DNA of 64,000 bases from Octopus bimaculoides. Its lineage: Eukaryota. The notes below the pieces were generated by a model. That model was not told the origin of the DNA and searched no databases. It worked only from the letters and a program-made list of their open reading frames with translations. Of this stretch, positions 25,454 through 39,071 are shown piece by piece (the stretch's first letter is position 1; each line of letters starts with the position of its first letter). Made by a program: the position numbers and the translations under genes. The stretch spans positions 24,082,393 to 24,146,392 of the forward strand of contig NC_068995.1 of assembly GCF_001194135.2 (NCBI RefSeq). The letters are read 5' to 3'.

Positions 25454-26050
25454 NNNNNNNNNNNNNNNNNNNNNNNNNNNNNNNNNNNNNNNNNNNNNNN
25501 NNNNNNNNNNNNNNNNNNNNNNNNNNNNNNNNNNNNNNNNNNNNNNNNNNNNNNNNNNNNNNNNNNNNNNNNNNNNNNNNNNNNNNNNNNNNNNNNNNNN
25601 NNNNNNNNNNNNNNNNNNNNNNNNNNNNNNNNNNNNNNNNNNNNNNNNNNNNNNNNNNNNNNNNNNNNNNNNNNNNNNNNNNNNNNNNNNNNNNNNNNNN
25701 NNNNNNNNNNNNNNNNNNNNNNNNNNNNNNNNNNNNNNNNNNNNNNNNNNNNNNNNNNNNNNNNNNNNNNNNNNNNNNNNNNNNNNNNNNNNNNNNNNNN
25801 NNNNNNNNNNNNNNNNNNNNNNNNNNNNNNNNNNNNNNNNNNNNNNNNNNNNNNNNNNNNNNNNNNNNNNNNNNNNNNNNNNNNNNNNNNNNNNNNNNNN
25901 NNNNNNNNNNNNNNNNNNNNNNNNNNNNNNNNNNNNNNNNNNNNNNNNNNNNNNNNNNNNNNNNNNNNNNNNNNNNNNNNNNNNNNNNNNNNNNNNNNNN
26001 NNNNNNNNNNNNNNNNNNNNNNNNNNNNNNNNNNNNNNNNNNNNNNNNNN

Positions 26051-26129
<79 letters not shown>

Positions 26130-26131
<2 letters not shown>

Positions 26132-26247
26132 TTTTTTTTAAGGGTTTTACTCGAAGAAATCGACCCCAGGACTTTTATAAGCCTAGTACTTATTTTATCG
26201 TCTGTTTTGTTGAACCGCTAAGTAACTGGTAGGTAAACACACCAACA
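26130..26247 (-). mobile_element. SINE family A internal 3' fragment
   Basis: gaaatcgaccccaggact...gcctagtacttatt...gaaccgctaag is the reverse complement of the family A 3' half. Confidence 0.75.
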
Positions 26248-26480
26248 AAGAAGATATAGTGATTTTAGCTGTTATTGATTTTGTTATATGTTGTTATAAT
26301 ATTTGATTTAAAATTTAAAAGTTTAAGCAAAATATGATATGGCCTTTTAAAAAACAGAATTGATTTCTATATTAGACTGATTCCCCTGTTGCCAGACTGA
26401 GATACCCAGTAAAATTTATATTTTTTGTCTTTTTATTATTTGTTTGCATTAGTAATTCCCTGAGTTGTAGTTCTATTTCT

Positions 26481-26697
26481 AATGGTTAGCCAAGCTGACA
26501 GAATCGTTAGAACGCCAAGCGAAATGCTTAGCTGCATTTCATTCATCTTTATGTTCTGAGTTCAAATTCTGCCGGGGTTGAGTTTACCTTTCATCCTTTC
26601 GGAGTCGATAAAATAAGTACCAGTTGAGTACTAGTGTCAATGTAATCAATTTCCCTGAATCCCGAAATTGCTGGCCTTGTACAAATATTTGAAACTA
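26481..26697 (+). mobile_element. SINE family B, full length
   Basis: gctgacagaatcgttag...gttcaaattc...cctttcatcctttcggagtcgataaaataagtaccag...gctggccttgt. Confidence 0.92.
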
Positions 26698-27145
26698 ACA
26701 GTTAACAATGGTTGTAGTGTTTTCCATTGACGTTTCTGTCTTTTACTTCTTTCTACCGCATGTGTTTGTACCGCATGGGTTTCGTTGAGTTTCTCATTGT
26801 GTGTTGCTACGGATAAAATCATTAAATTTTGTCAGCCGATAATTCTCAAGTATTTTTTGGCGTGGTGTGTTCCATTTTTAACTTTTGCTGTGCTTATATA
26901 AAATTGAAGAATGAACTACTCATTACACGTTATTATAAAAGGCTAAAAAAAAATGTAACGTCCCTATTTTTAAATCACATTCAAATCCGTACGAATTTCA
27001 TCGAAAAACATCTTCGAAAGTGCTTACTGCAGTCTATTTCAACTGCTGTGAGGTATGTAGGGCATTAAGGATTGCAAAAATGTCAATGAGAGACTAGGTT
27101 TCAGTCAAAGACTCATTCAAGCCTTTTTTAATCCGCTGAACTTAC

Positions 27146-27185
27146 GAGTACGCTTTATTGAACGAGACTTCGTTTGACAATACTC
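27146..27185 (-). CDS. Candidate 40-bp internal exon, unknown gene
   Basis: Acceptor cccacttttgtgtcttacag, donor TC|gtaagt. Open as GVLSNEVSFNKAYS or EYCQTKSRSIKRT. No homology recognised. Confidence 0.3.
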
Positions 27186-29477
27186 CTGTAAGACACAAAA
27201 GTGGGACACCATATGGTTTTGAGTCAACCGTTCACTAATTGGCAGAAACATCATTAATTTCGCAGGTACATCGTTAATTATTGCTGTAAGCACAAAACTA
27301 TGTAACCACACGCTTTTGCGTCTTCCATGTGTATAATCAAACGAAATCGTGACTGAAGTGTCCTCTCGAATTTAAAGGATTGTAACAAGCAAAGAAAAAC
27401 AATCTGTCATTTTTTTTAACTAAATGGCTGTAGGCATTGAAGCCAATGTTCTAGGCCTAATTTATTCTGCAAAGAGGAGGAATATCATAATTTATCAGTT
27501 TGCAGTGCATGTTATTATATAAAGAAGATCTCTACATTATCCCCTGAAACACATTATTTTATGAAATGGAAAAACTAGAGCAGCTTTTCTCTAGATTTTG
27601 TTTAACATCACAACATAATACAACATTGCACAATTATACAATGTCCTCACTTGTTGTAGCATTGACAGCAAAATGCCTTTAATGTGTACAAACCGCCAAT
27701 AATTTGCCACGTGATATCAGTGGTAGCGTTGTTTATATAAAGTAATTATGAATATAATTGGCGAGTTGCATTATTCAACCCCTGTCGAAACATTCGTCTC
27801 AGAAAATCTCCGATATAAGAGAAGTGGCAAACTGTCACTTTATTTATCATATTGACAGGAAGTTGTCTTAATGATAAGCACAAGAAATAAACAACACACC
27901 TATACATTTTCCAACATTTTTAGATAATTTTACATTTTGTAATAGTTCCTGTTCTCACTTTCTTAAACACATAACTTTCTTGTGAGAAATAAATCTCATT
28001 CTTTTGTTTCAAATTTATTCCTCATGTGATTATGAGTATAGTTTAACTTAAAGATTACTTATCACTGTTTCTCATTTTCTCTCGTACATTTACGTTCTTA
28101 AGGGAGAGTATTCGCTGCAAAGTTTTACTACACAAATTTTAATTCAGCTCGTGTGTTAATGTAGAATGAGTTTCGTTTTATCTGTCTGTTCTCTAGTTTT
28201 ATTCTGTTCCATTGGATGACTGAGCAGCCATCAATTGTTTTAAAATAGTTGACCTAATAACCTGATAGTTCTCAATTTGCACGCTGTATCTTTTCAAAGC
28301 CCATGGCGATGAAAAAATACAATAAAATAAGTAGAAAAGAAAGAAAAGAAACTGCTGTTTATTGTTGCTGCATCATTGCACCTCGCTGATGTTTAATTAA
28401 CAAGCTAGTTGTCCACTTCCAGCATCGATCAATCAAACAACCAACTGTGGTGACGCTGTTACGTCTTTTTCTTCATGTCTACGCGGTAGGGAGGAGAACA
28501 GTGAGAGGTATATAGCATTATTGATTGTTTTGTCAACGTTTCAGATCTACGGAGTAGAAGAAACGAGATGTTAAGAGCTTCATACATTTCTCACAGATAT
28601 TTACATTGTAAATAAAGTGAAATGGCCACTCCTGAGAATTGAAATCAAGTTGTGAACTCGGATCGACAATAGATTACTAAATAAGGCTGACTAACATGAT
28701 AGTTATTTCAGTTAGCCATAAAACATTTGTGGAATAAACTGTAGTATACAATAGTAATTGCCGAGTGAGTAAGGTATTGCACTGTCACATCAAATCTAGT
28801 AAAGGAAATGTCTTTATGCTGCGCCGGAATGCTTCATTTTACTTACTAATGCAAATAGTCAACATATCGTCTGCGAGTTGGATTTTAGAGATGAATAAAA
28901 GTATAAAAATAAAAGAAATCAATGATTTACTGAAATTTAAGGGTTTTAACTCCTGTTCATTGTGATTGTTCCAGGTCGAGCAAACCTTTGATTAAAATCT
29001 TTCTAACGGTGACTTTCTCGTATTTTCAACAGTGCAGTGTAATCCTGACTCCAATATATCCTTTCTTTTTAAGACAGCAGAACGGAATTTCAATGAGATA
29101 TAGCTGGCTATTTTCTGCAGGATGAGCAATCACGTAATGTCTCCCTCATTTGTAAAAGCGAAACCCGACTTGAGGACACATGAATTCAGGGTTACAGGGG
29201 CAAATTCAATATTGCAGACTCCCTACATTTCTTTTCCAAATCGGCTTCCAAGTGTTTGGTAGAATTCGCAGGTAATACCATGTATTACTTGACAGAGAGA
29301 ATGCGACGTGAACGCTTTTGTAAAGGATTCAGAGGAAGATAACCGCTTGACAACGAGAACGGGACGATCAAATGTTGTTCGGTGATACGGGGCACCAATT
29401 CCTTGGTCAACAACCTGCGACTGTGGATAAGTAGACCATAATATTGAGCACTGCCTTATCTGCCCTCTGTTACCTAG

Positions 29478-29544
29478 CTCGGCTACACCTCAAAAGACGT
29501 TCCAGAGTTCAATGAAAAATACAAAGGACGATGTAAAGAAATGG
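29478..29544 (+). CDS. Candidate 67-bp internal exon, unknown gene
   Basis: Acceptor tgccctctgttacctag, donor TGG|gtaagt. Open as LGYTSKDVPEFNEKYKGRCKEM or SATPQKTFQSSMKNTKDDVKKW. Confidence 0.3.
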
Positions 29545-30284
29545 GTAAGTGTTATACGATCATCCTGTTACCAAGAATTGAATAAATAAATTTACGTTCA
29601 CGGCAAAGAATGCTGAGCGCCTGCTTTCAAACTTTCTGAACAAGAAATAATATTAATCTCTAACGCAGGCACCATGCATCATATACGATAAAACCTACAA
29701 TACTTGACTGGTATGTGTATCAACACCGGAAAGGGAAAGGGCAAATTCTACTCAGACTTTTGAACACAGAAAGTAAAGGCAGGTAACTCAATACTGCCAG
29801 ACGTTTTATCCGCTGTTCTGCAAATTCTATCAATCTGGTGAATAATATTTCCCTAACAACTGTATAAAATAAATATACAATAAAATGTACCAAACGAAAC
29901 GTTGTATACGACAGATAATACAAGAAATACTAACACGAATCTCTGTACACAAAACTTTTGAATTTTTCAATGAGATCGAAAAATGAATTCTTCAAAAGAT
30001 CGATATTTTAATAGTATCACACGTGCGCGTTATTGAACATTGACAGAATATATAGTATTTGTATATATATAGTATTTATATATTATAAATGGAAATAATA
30101 TCAGTATTAATACCATTGACTTCATCTTCCGCTATCAATGATGATATTGATTTACCAACAATTTTGTTTATACTGATTTCATTATTAACACCAGCTTAAC
30201 AAGAGGACTTATAGTTGAAAATAGTAGCGATATTAAAGCCATATTCCTCATATTATAGGAAAGTTAGGTTTCGAGTCTGTTTAA

Positions 30285-30721
30285 TCTTTTATCTTTTATC
30301 TTTGACTAGTTTCAGTCATTAAACTGTGACCATGCTGGGGCACCGCCTTGAAAATCTTTTAGTTGAATGACTAGACCTTAGTACTAGTTTTCAGCCCGAT
30401 TCTTATTCTAGAGATCTCTTTTGACGAATCGCTAATGTTACGGGGACATAAGCACACTGACACTAGTTGTCAAGGGTTGTAGTGAAGAACACACTCGCGC
30501 ACGCACACAGGGTGCTGAAAAGTTTCTGGCCTTTGGCAAAAGAAAATACAGGAGGATCAGTTAATTATGCTTTATTCAACATATTCCCCTCTCAGATTCA
30601 CACAATTATTGCAGCGGCTCTTCAGTTTTTCTAACCTCTCTATAAAAGAACTCAGAAGGTTGAGCCTCCAACCAGGCCTTTTGCAATACTCTTAAAGCCA
30701 GGAACTTTTCAGCACTCCCTC

Positions 30722-30797
<76 letters not shown>

Positions 30798-30935
30798 ACC
30801 AAATTCACTCATGAGGCTTAGGCCGGCCCAAGGCTATGTAGTAGTCAATAGCCAAAGGTGCCACGCAATAGGACTGAACCCGGAACCATGTTGTTTGGAA
30901 GCAAGCTTCTTACCACGCAGCAACGCCTGCGCCTG
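30285..30935 (-). mobile_element. SINE family A interrupted by a mariner MITE
   Basis: 3' half at 30285-30500 and 5' half at 30796-30935, with a MITE plus (TA)n between them. Confidence 0.88.
30505..30724 (-). mobile_element. Non-autonomous mariner-derived MITE
   Basis: TIRs gggtgctgaaaagtttctggc / gccaggaacttttcagcactccctcgta. Minus strand retains the transposase C-terminus LEKLKSRCNNCVNLRGEYVE*. Confidence 0.88.
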
Positions 30936-31479
30936 TATGAAAACTTTTGTTTCGCTTAAGGCAGAGAGGATGTGTCGATATTATTTCTAGGCTATCCTCT
31001 GTCGTGTTCTCCAATGCTCGTGAAGATTAGTCTAAACTTTCTTTATGTTGATACGATCAAGATAAGCGTTTAGAAGAGAGGATATAACAGGGTACCACCG
31101 CAGGGCATTTGGGAGGTGAGACACTGCATGAATAATGAGAAGGGATGATGGCAATGAATTAAATATTTTTAAGGCAATCAGCTGCTGATCAGGTTGTGCA
31201 ATTTTCTAGTACTGAACAAAATACCTTGATTTGTAAATGCTGCTTAAGTAGAAGAAATTGTAATTTCCCAAACCGCGGCCATTTTCAAAGTAATTCTTCT
31301 GGAAAGCAATTCAACGCCTGTCAATAAGTGTCTAATTTGCTTGTGGAAAACTCCTGCACAGACAAGGAGGTGATTATCAATATAGGCGTTTATACAGTCT
31401 GAAGAGTGGGGTCGTTATAGTATAAACGAAAATATATGAAATACATTATATCGGAGTTGGCATCTTTTATCTTGTTTAT

Positions 31480-31735
31480 CCTTTATTTCTTCTAGTTTAA
31501 TAACTGTGGCCATGCTGGGGCACCACTTTGAAGAATGCATTGTGGAACGAATGAACCCCAGTAATCTTTCAGCCTGGCACTTATTTTATATACATATGTA
31601 TGACGAGATTTTGTTTGGTCTTTACCAAATCTGCTCACATGACTTTGGTCGGATCGTGGCTATCGTAGAAGACACTTGTCCAAGATGCCATGCAGTGGAA
31701 CTAAACTTCTTACCAAAGCAGCCACGCCTGCACCT
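31480..31735 (-). mobile_element. SINE family A with deletions
   Basis: tgtggccatgctggggcacc...gtagaagacacttgtccaagatgcca...cttcttaccaaagcagccacgcctgcacc. Confidence 0.85.
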
Positions 31736-32833
31736 CTGATGAAATATGAATACTGAGGTAGAAAAAGAACCTAAAAGGAATTTAACATTTAAGGATAGGC
31801 ATACATTAACTTACCTGCATAAATAATTAAGAATTTTGTATATTCAAAATAGTAAATTGAAAACAAAATCCATCAATTAATATTACCCGAACAATTAGGA
31901 GACAAATCTCCTTGTAGGTGTGTTTAAAATTTAAAAAAAAAAAAGAAAGAAAAAATCAATGCAAGGAGATATCGAAATTTTTGACAGTAAAAGCTTCCTT
32001 GTTGGTTTTAGATTTTCAGCATCAACTAATTGATTAGATAATTGCAACCGTTCGTCTTTTCTCATCTTACTACGAGAGAGTCTACTGTATCTGAATTTAG
32101 TATTCAGGTTTCTCACTGGGATACTTTCCTCTTAATTATTATTCATAACTTATAATGGTTGCCACTATATTCCTTCTATTTCTAAATGTACTGATCGGTT
32201 AATTTTGCAAATGATGTAAAATATGCTTCGTTGAGTAAGGCCTTACAAAACCGAAATATATCTGTTCATTTGACCGGGTGAAGTACGAGATTTAATCTAC
32301 CAATATTGTCCAAAAATTCCATACATCTTATCCAACTGAATAATATTTTTCATGTTTTTTTTTGTTTTCTTATATTTTCTTTTTTTTTCCCAGTTTTTTT
32401 TTTACCCCACAACAGAGCGTTTTGTACACCAACTGTAAATACACGCTCGATTCTTTGTATTTCATCTCATTATAAGAGATATATTAACTCTTGTTTTTAA
32501 TATGTAGCATTGTGAGCTATTTTTCTTCAGCCATTGGTTACGTATTACTAACATTCCGTCCAAATACATATTCACAATTAATTTTAAATCACTTTTCTTG
32601 AGATTAAAGTAATTAAAAATTAAGAAATAAAATTTGTTGTGTGAAGCACTTCAATGCAGCGATAGTTCATGTTTGTTTTTAATTAAAGTAATAAGAAAAA
32701 AATATATAGATACGTGAGGTATTCATATCTTAATTCACAAAACTCTCATATTTCAAACAAATGTTAAATCAGGTAGATCTATTAAATTATTGTTAATATA
32801 TATCTGGGGTGGGGTTGTGTGTGTTTGTGTGTG

Positions 32834-32883
<50 letters not shown>

Positions 32884-33749
32884 NNNNNNNNNNNNNNNNN
32901 NNNNNNNNNNNNNNNNNNNNNNNNNNNNNNNNNNNNNNNNNNNNNNNNNNNNNNNNNNNNNNNNNNNNNNNNNNNNNNNNNNNNNNNNNNNNNNNNNNNN
33001 NNNNNNNNNNNNNNNNNNNNNNNNNNNNNNNNNNNNNNNNNNNNNNNNNNNNNNNNNNNNNNNNNNNNNNNNNNNNNNNNNNNNNNNNNNNNNNNNNNNN
33101 NNNNNNNNNNNNNNNNNNNNNNNNNNNNNNNNNNNNNNNNNNNNNNNNNNNNNNNNNNNNNNNNNNNNNNNNNNNNNNNNNNNNNNNNNNNNNNNNNNNN
33201 NNNNNNNNNNNNNNNNNNNNNNNNNNNNNNNNNNNNNNNNNNNNNNNNNNNNNNNNNNNNNNNNNNNNNNNNNNNNNNNNNNNNNNNNNNNNNNNNNNNN
33301 NNNNNNNNNNNNNNNNNNNNNNNNNNNNNNNNNNNNNNNNNNNNNNNNNNNNNNNNNNNNNNNNNNNNNNNNNNNNNNNNNNNNNNNNNNNNNNNNNNNN
33401 NNNNNNNNNNNNNNNNNNNNNNNNNNNNNNNNNNNNNNNNNNNNNNNNNNNNNNNNNNNNNNNNNNNNNNNNNNNNNNNNNNNNNNNNNNNNNNNNNNNN
33501 NNNNNNNNNNNNNNNNNNNNNNNNNNNNNNNNNNNNNNNNNNNNNNNNNNNNNNNNNNNNNNNNNNNNNNNNNNNNNNNNNNNNNNNNNNNNNNNNNNNN
33601 NNNNNNNNNNNNNNNNNNNNNNNNNNNNNNNNNNNNNNNNNNNNNNNNNNNNNNNNNNNNNNNNNNNNNNNNNNNNNNNNNNNNNNNNNNNNNNNNNNNN
33701 NNNNNNNNNNNNNNNNNNNNNNNNNNNNNNNNNNNNNNNNNNNNNNNNN

Positions 33750-33785
<36 letters not shown>

Positions 33786-34308
33786 TGTATATATATATAT
33801 GTATCACGTGTCTCAATTATGAGAAAAATTGCAGCCTCATTTGTCACCATGTCATCACTATGCCATCTTAAAAAGAAATGGCATATGACTGAGATGTAAA
33901 CTATGAAATTGATTTGAGGCTAAGCAAAACTAGTTTATAGTCAACTACGATACGAACTATTATGCGCCCTGTCAGTAGTCTAAACCATATAAATTAGTAT
34001 ATAAGAAATTATATTCCAAATCGATCTGCATGATTTACTAATGTATATAAGTTTATCACAGAACTGATAAAATATATCGTATTTTCTTTATATCGTGAAT
34101 AGTTCAACACATTCCTGCTAAAATTTAAAATGCATAAGCTTTGCAAAAGCCGATAAATATTTTGAAGACCTTTAAGGGCACTATTTGGCCCACTAATTCG
34201 ATAACAAATTGCATACCTATGTCTGTTTGCCTGTCTGTCTGCCTAAATATCGATCTATCTATCTATACGCACAATTTTTTACAAAAATATATCTAAATAA
34301 ATGCTTGT

Positions 34309-34387
<79 letters not shown>

Positions 34388-35950
34388 TGTGTACTTCTAA
34401 TATAAGGATAAAAGTTTTCAAAAAATAATTATCAGTGGCCAGCATATTAAAATACCTTCTAAGGTGAAACTTATAAACAATTATAAATAAGGGCAAAAGA
34501 AAAAACATTTCTATGCCAATATGCTGAAAAACAGACCTTAGATCGTCTAACCACATGCACTATTTATCACTGAAACGAAGAAAGCAAACTAAATCCACGG
34601 GGATTCTTCCTTCTTCAGTGAGAAATGCGATTAAAATAAATGGAACACTTACATATTCGCACGGAAAAAGCAGATGCAAAGTCATGTGTACATTTAAGTA
34701 CCCCAAATATATCTAAAAAGAAATTCCGAAGCAAGCTCTGTTATTGAATTACTGGGGCAAAGTAAATCTAAAGGATGTTTATAATATAAAATATTTATCG
34801 GCCTTTGCCAAACACACACACACATGCATGTACACATACATACATACATACATACATATATTAACATATATATCAATATATATATAGATACATATACACA
34901 TACATATATATATATAAATATTATATATACATATATCATATATATGTATGTATGTATGTATTACGTATGTATGTACGTATGTATGTTTGTATGTATGTAC
35001 GTATGTACGTATGTATGCATGTATGTATGTATGTACCTATGTATGTATGTATGTATGTACGTACGTATGCACGTATGTAGGTACGAATCCCATTCACTTT
35101 CATTTGGTATTTCAACAACAGCATCTGGGCATTTTTGCAATTTTTGCGTGTATATGTGCAGTATTTGGAGTCAGTGCATATGCAGATTTGCATGTATGTA
35201 TTCTCACGCTTATAGTTACATGCCTAAACATGCGCATATATACTTAAAGGATAAACCTGTGGAAAGTTTTACAGATTTTTACAGTTCCAGTGATGGCATA
35301 GCTCTGTAGTCTTCGAATCAGCTTTCTCCTTTCTGGTTTTGAGAAGCCTAATTTCTCAAGATTGGTACAAAGGTAGTGTGTTGCATATCCACGTGCCACA
35401 ATTATATGTAATCATGTATGTATGTATGTATGTATGTATGTGTGTATGTATGTATGTATGTATGTATGTATGTATGTATGTATGTGTGTATGTATGTATG
35501 TATGTATGTATGTATGTATGTATGTATGAAAACAGTTTGGATAAAATGAATGGCTTATTTATTCATCATTGCATGTGTTTCATTTGCTAATAGAAATTCC
35601 AAATTTCTACTTGAAGTAAATATCTTACCTGTACAATTTTGTACCTCATATTAACAAATGAAACATATGTAATGGTGAATGAATAATACCCCAATTTATT
35701 TCCAGTCTCCCGCTTTAATATGTAATTAAACCACAAAAAATATTTTCCAGTATTTTTCAATTCGTATGTATACCTCAGACAAATATAAGATCTACATACA
35801 ATTTTGGAATACTAAAATAAGTAGATGGGCTTCAAGAGGACACATTACATATACAGACACACAGGCAAACAGACAGACAGACAGACAGACAGACACACAC
35901 ACAGGCAGGCAGGCAGGCAGTCAGGCAGGCAGTTAGGCAGGCAGACAGAG

Positions 35951-36016
<66 letters not shown>

Positions 36017-36227
36017 CTACAACACATCATTTTCTGCTTTAGAATTGGCATATCTATATCTATTCCATCGTGTGGTTTATTAGATCTATCGATGAACGTT
36101 TATGTCCTAACTTACTTAGTCTTGTTTAAACATTTCACCTCTGCTTTTACTATGAGTATCACTTCTACTCCTTCTAACTTCAGTTCTACGACTGCTACAG
36201 GCGTTTCTGATATTAATACCACCCTTA

Positions 36228-36384
36228 GGGCGGTGTGTTGGCAGAATCGTTAGCATGCCGGACAAAGTGCTTAGTGGCACTTCGTCCGTGTTTACGTTCT
36301 GTGTTCAAATTCCACCGAGGTCAAATTCGCCTTAGCCCTTCCCCGAAATTGCTGGCTTTGTGCCAAAATTTGATACCGATGCTG
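36228..36384 (+). mobile_element. SINE family B, internally deleted, 12-bp TSD
   Basis: Direct repeat ATACCACCCTTA at 36216-36227 and 36385-36396. Confidence 0.88.
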
Positions 36385-37405
36385 ATACCACCCTTACAGC
36401 TACGTCACCACTACAACTGTTACTACTACCACCAATGAGAACAACAGCAACAAAACTACCACTGCTATTATTGCTACTACTTCTTTTACTACTAAAATGG
36501 AGCAGCGTAATCACTCCAAAAAAATCAGATTAACATCTGTTAAAACCTGAAAAGGTAATCTGAAATGCTAGGATGGCGAGAATGATTTGAGGTTAGGACT
36601 GACCTGGGGCTAAACAATAACAACAACTACTCTTACTACTCTATTTTTCTGCATTTATCTAACGATATGTTTCTTTTGGTATGATTGCAGATTAATTCAT
36701 ATAATATTACACGTTATAGGTTTTAATTGAGCTCTTGCTTGAAAAAAGACTATAATCAGTAGAATATAGAAATGAAAGGCAACGACTGGGATATTCAAGT
36801 AACCGGAAGTTAAACGGTCATTTCTCTTCTTTATAACCAAAATCTGTTTGAAGAAATCGAAAGCAACTTTAGAGCGGAAAATAGCGAGATAAATCGAGGA
36901 GGAATATAAATCGACAGCGTCAAGAGAGGCGTCTGAAAAGCACAGATCAATAACTAAATAAATCTATTGATGATCGATATCAACATGCTGGTACTTACTT
37001 ACGTTGTAATCTCAGTAAATAACAGAAAAGTTGAGCGAAAATATATTAGCAAATCTTTTGTTTAATAAAAGAAGAAAAATCATATACTTTGAAATAAAAA
37101 GCAGTAAGAGACGCCAAAACCAATTCATATAACATTACACAGCTGCCATGACTGAAAGCCTGATTAGTTGATGCTATAGGTTTCTTTGGGGATTTAATAT
37201 AGCCATCAAAACAAATTAATACTTTTTTAGATGACCGAAGGATAATAATAATCAGAATCTATTTAATTGTCTTATGATCATACGACATTAAGCTAGATAG
37301 AAACACGAAGAGGTTTACGCGACAAATATATATATACATACATACATACATACATGCATGCATGCATGCATACATACATACATACATACATACGTACATA
37401 CATAC

Positions 37406-37669
37406 ATAAGCAACAAGGATATTCAAAGTTAATGCAGTACGATCGTTTCATGCGACTTCATATATTTAAGCAATGTGAGCATTACATTAAATGCAAAATG
37501 CAGAGCAATCTTCAGCTGCACAAAGATATAGAAGTTTACTGAAATTTCATTTTAACAGAAGGACAAATTATTGTAATTTTACATTTAATATAATGCTCAC
37601 ATTGCTTAAATAAATGGAGTCACATGAAACGATCGTATTGCATTAACTTTGAATATCCTTGTTGCTTAT
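37406..37669. mobile_element. MITE-like fold-back with ~94-bp inverted arms
   Basis: ataagcaacaaggatattcaaagttaatgcagtacgatcgtttcatg... vs ...catgaaacgatcgtattgcattaactttgaatatccttgttgcttat. Confidence 0.85.
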
Positions 37670-38334
37670 TTTGATTTTAATCACCTTATTTTGAAATTGT
37701 TTGGATAATACCATACTTAATTCTGGTGCCTAAACTTAAGTACCATAGTCACCTTGAATCTATATATATANNNNNNNNNNNNNNNNNNNNNNNNNNNNNN
37801 NNNNNNNNNNNNNNNNNNNNNNNNNNNNNNNNNNNNNNNNNNNATATATATAAATTTAAATGATAAGGGTAAAAAAGTGAATATTAATTTGATTGATATC
37901 AATTTAAACCAGTGGCCTAGCATATTGAAAAAATCTGAAGATTCAGAAAAATTATATTACATACATATAAGAGGGATGACCACTCGGTGGACATCCAATA
38001 TGCTAGATGTAGACCCCATATGGTCTGACCACTAAGAAAAGATTGTTCTCAAGAAAATTCAGCAAATGCCAGAACGTAAGCGAGCAAAACAAATGAAAAT
38101 ATACAAAAAATATAATGATTAGTCACATACCAGATTTCATTGTTACTATTTACATATTTACATACGTAAATGTCTGCAATTCATCAGTGAGACCGTCATA
38201 GCAAATATAATTTGCAGAACTATACACGAGACGTCCACGTGAGATAGAACATGCATATAGTTCTGTCAATTATATTTGGGGGTATATTTCAAATGTTTTC
38301 GTTTTGGCGCGCCAAAGCCGGAAATGACTCTGCA

Positions 38335-38628
38335 GAATAAGTACTAGACTTACAAAGAATAAGTAGTGGGTCGATTTGTTCAACTAAAGGCGGTGCTCCA
38401 GCATAGCCGCAGTCAAATGACTGAAACAACTAAAAGTGTAAAAGAGTGTATGTGTATACACACGCACACACATATTTGTAAATAACAGGATTCGTTCAGT
38501 TTCCGTCTACCAAATCCACTCACAAGGCTTCGATCAGCTCGACTAGAAGACACCTGGCTAAGTGTAACTGAACCCGGGGCCATGTGGTTGAGAAGCAAGC
38601 TTCTTACCACACAGACACGCCTGCACCT
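38335..38628. mobile_element. Two SINE family A fragments (3' end on + at 38335-38446; 5' half on - at 38487-38628)
   Basis: Direct match to family A blocks. Confidence 0.85.
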
Positions 38629-39071
38629 TTGTTTGCGAGTGAGCGGAGCAACAACAGTATTTCAGAAATGTGAACAGTACCCCAATGTGAATCCTGCTTT
38701 TAGTTTTGTAGATACTACTATATCAATGGCTCTGGGAGAGGTGTGAACTTGTTTTAGTTAACACATATAAGAAAACCATTAGCACATGGCTACCATGAAA
38801 TGTTTGGCAAACTAAAACACCGCTGTAGAAAGGGTAAGAAATAAGAAGCCAATGCACCATGTGACCTTGAGATTTTAAGTGGGTCAGGTCTCGTGATGCC
38901 ACATATTGAAAGTCATCATGAAATAATCTTCCAAATACAATAAATCTCAATTTTAATTATTTTAAAGTTTTTTGGGGTGTATATTATTTATGTAATCTTG
39001 GATATGAACCATGTTTGAAATAATACATATATTTTATAGCATATATGTAGAAATAATACATACATTGCACT

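Noticed and set aside
31809-31830. Possible recursive splice site ttatttatgcag|gtaagt (minus strand; a similar plus site at ~41712)
   Set aside because: Such motifs arise by chance in AT-rich DNA and no host intron is established.
36130-36490. Ser/Thr-rich mucin-like reading frame
   Set aside because: Decayed ACT/ACC trinucleotide low-complexity sequence interrupted by a SINE, with no splice signals.
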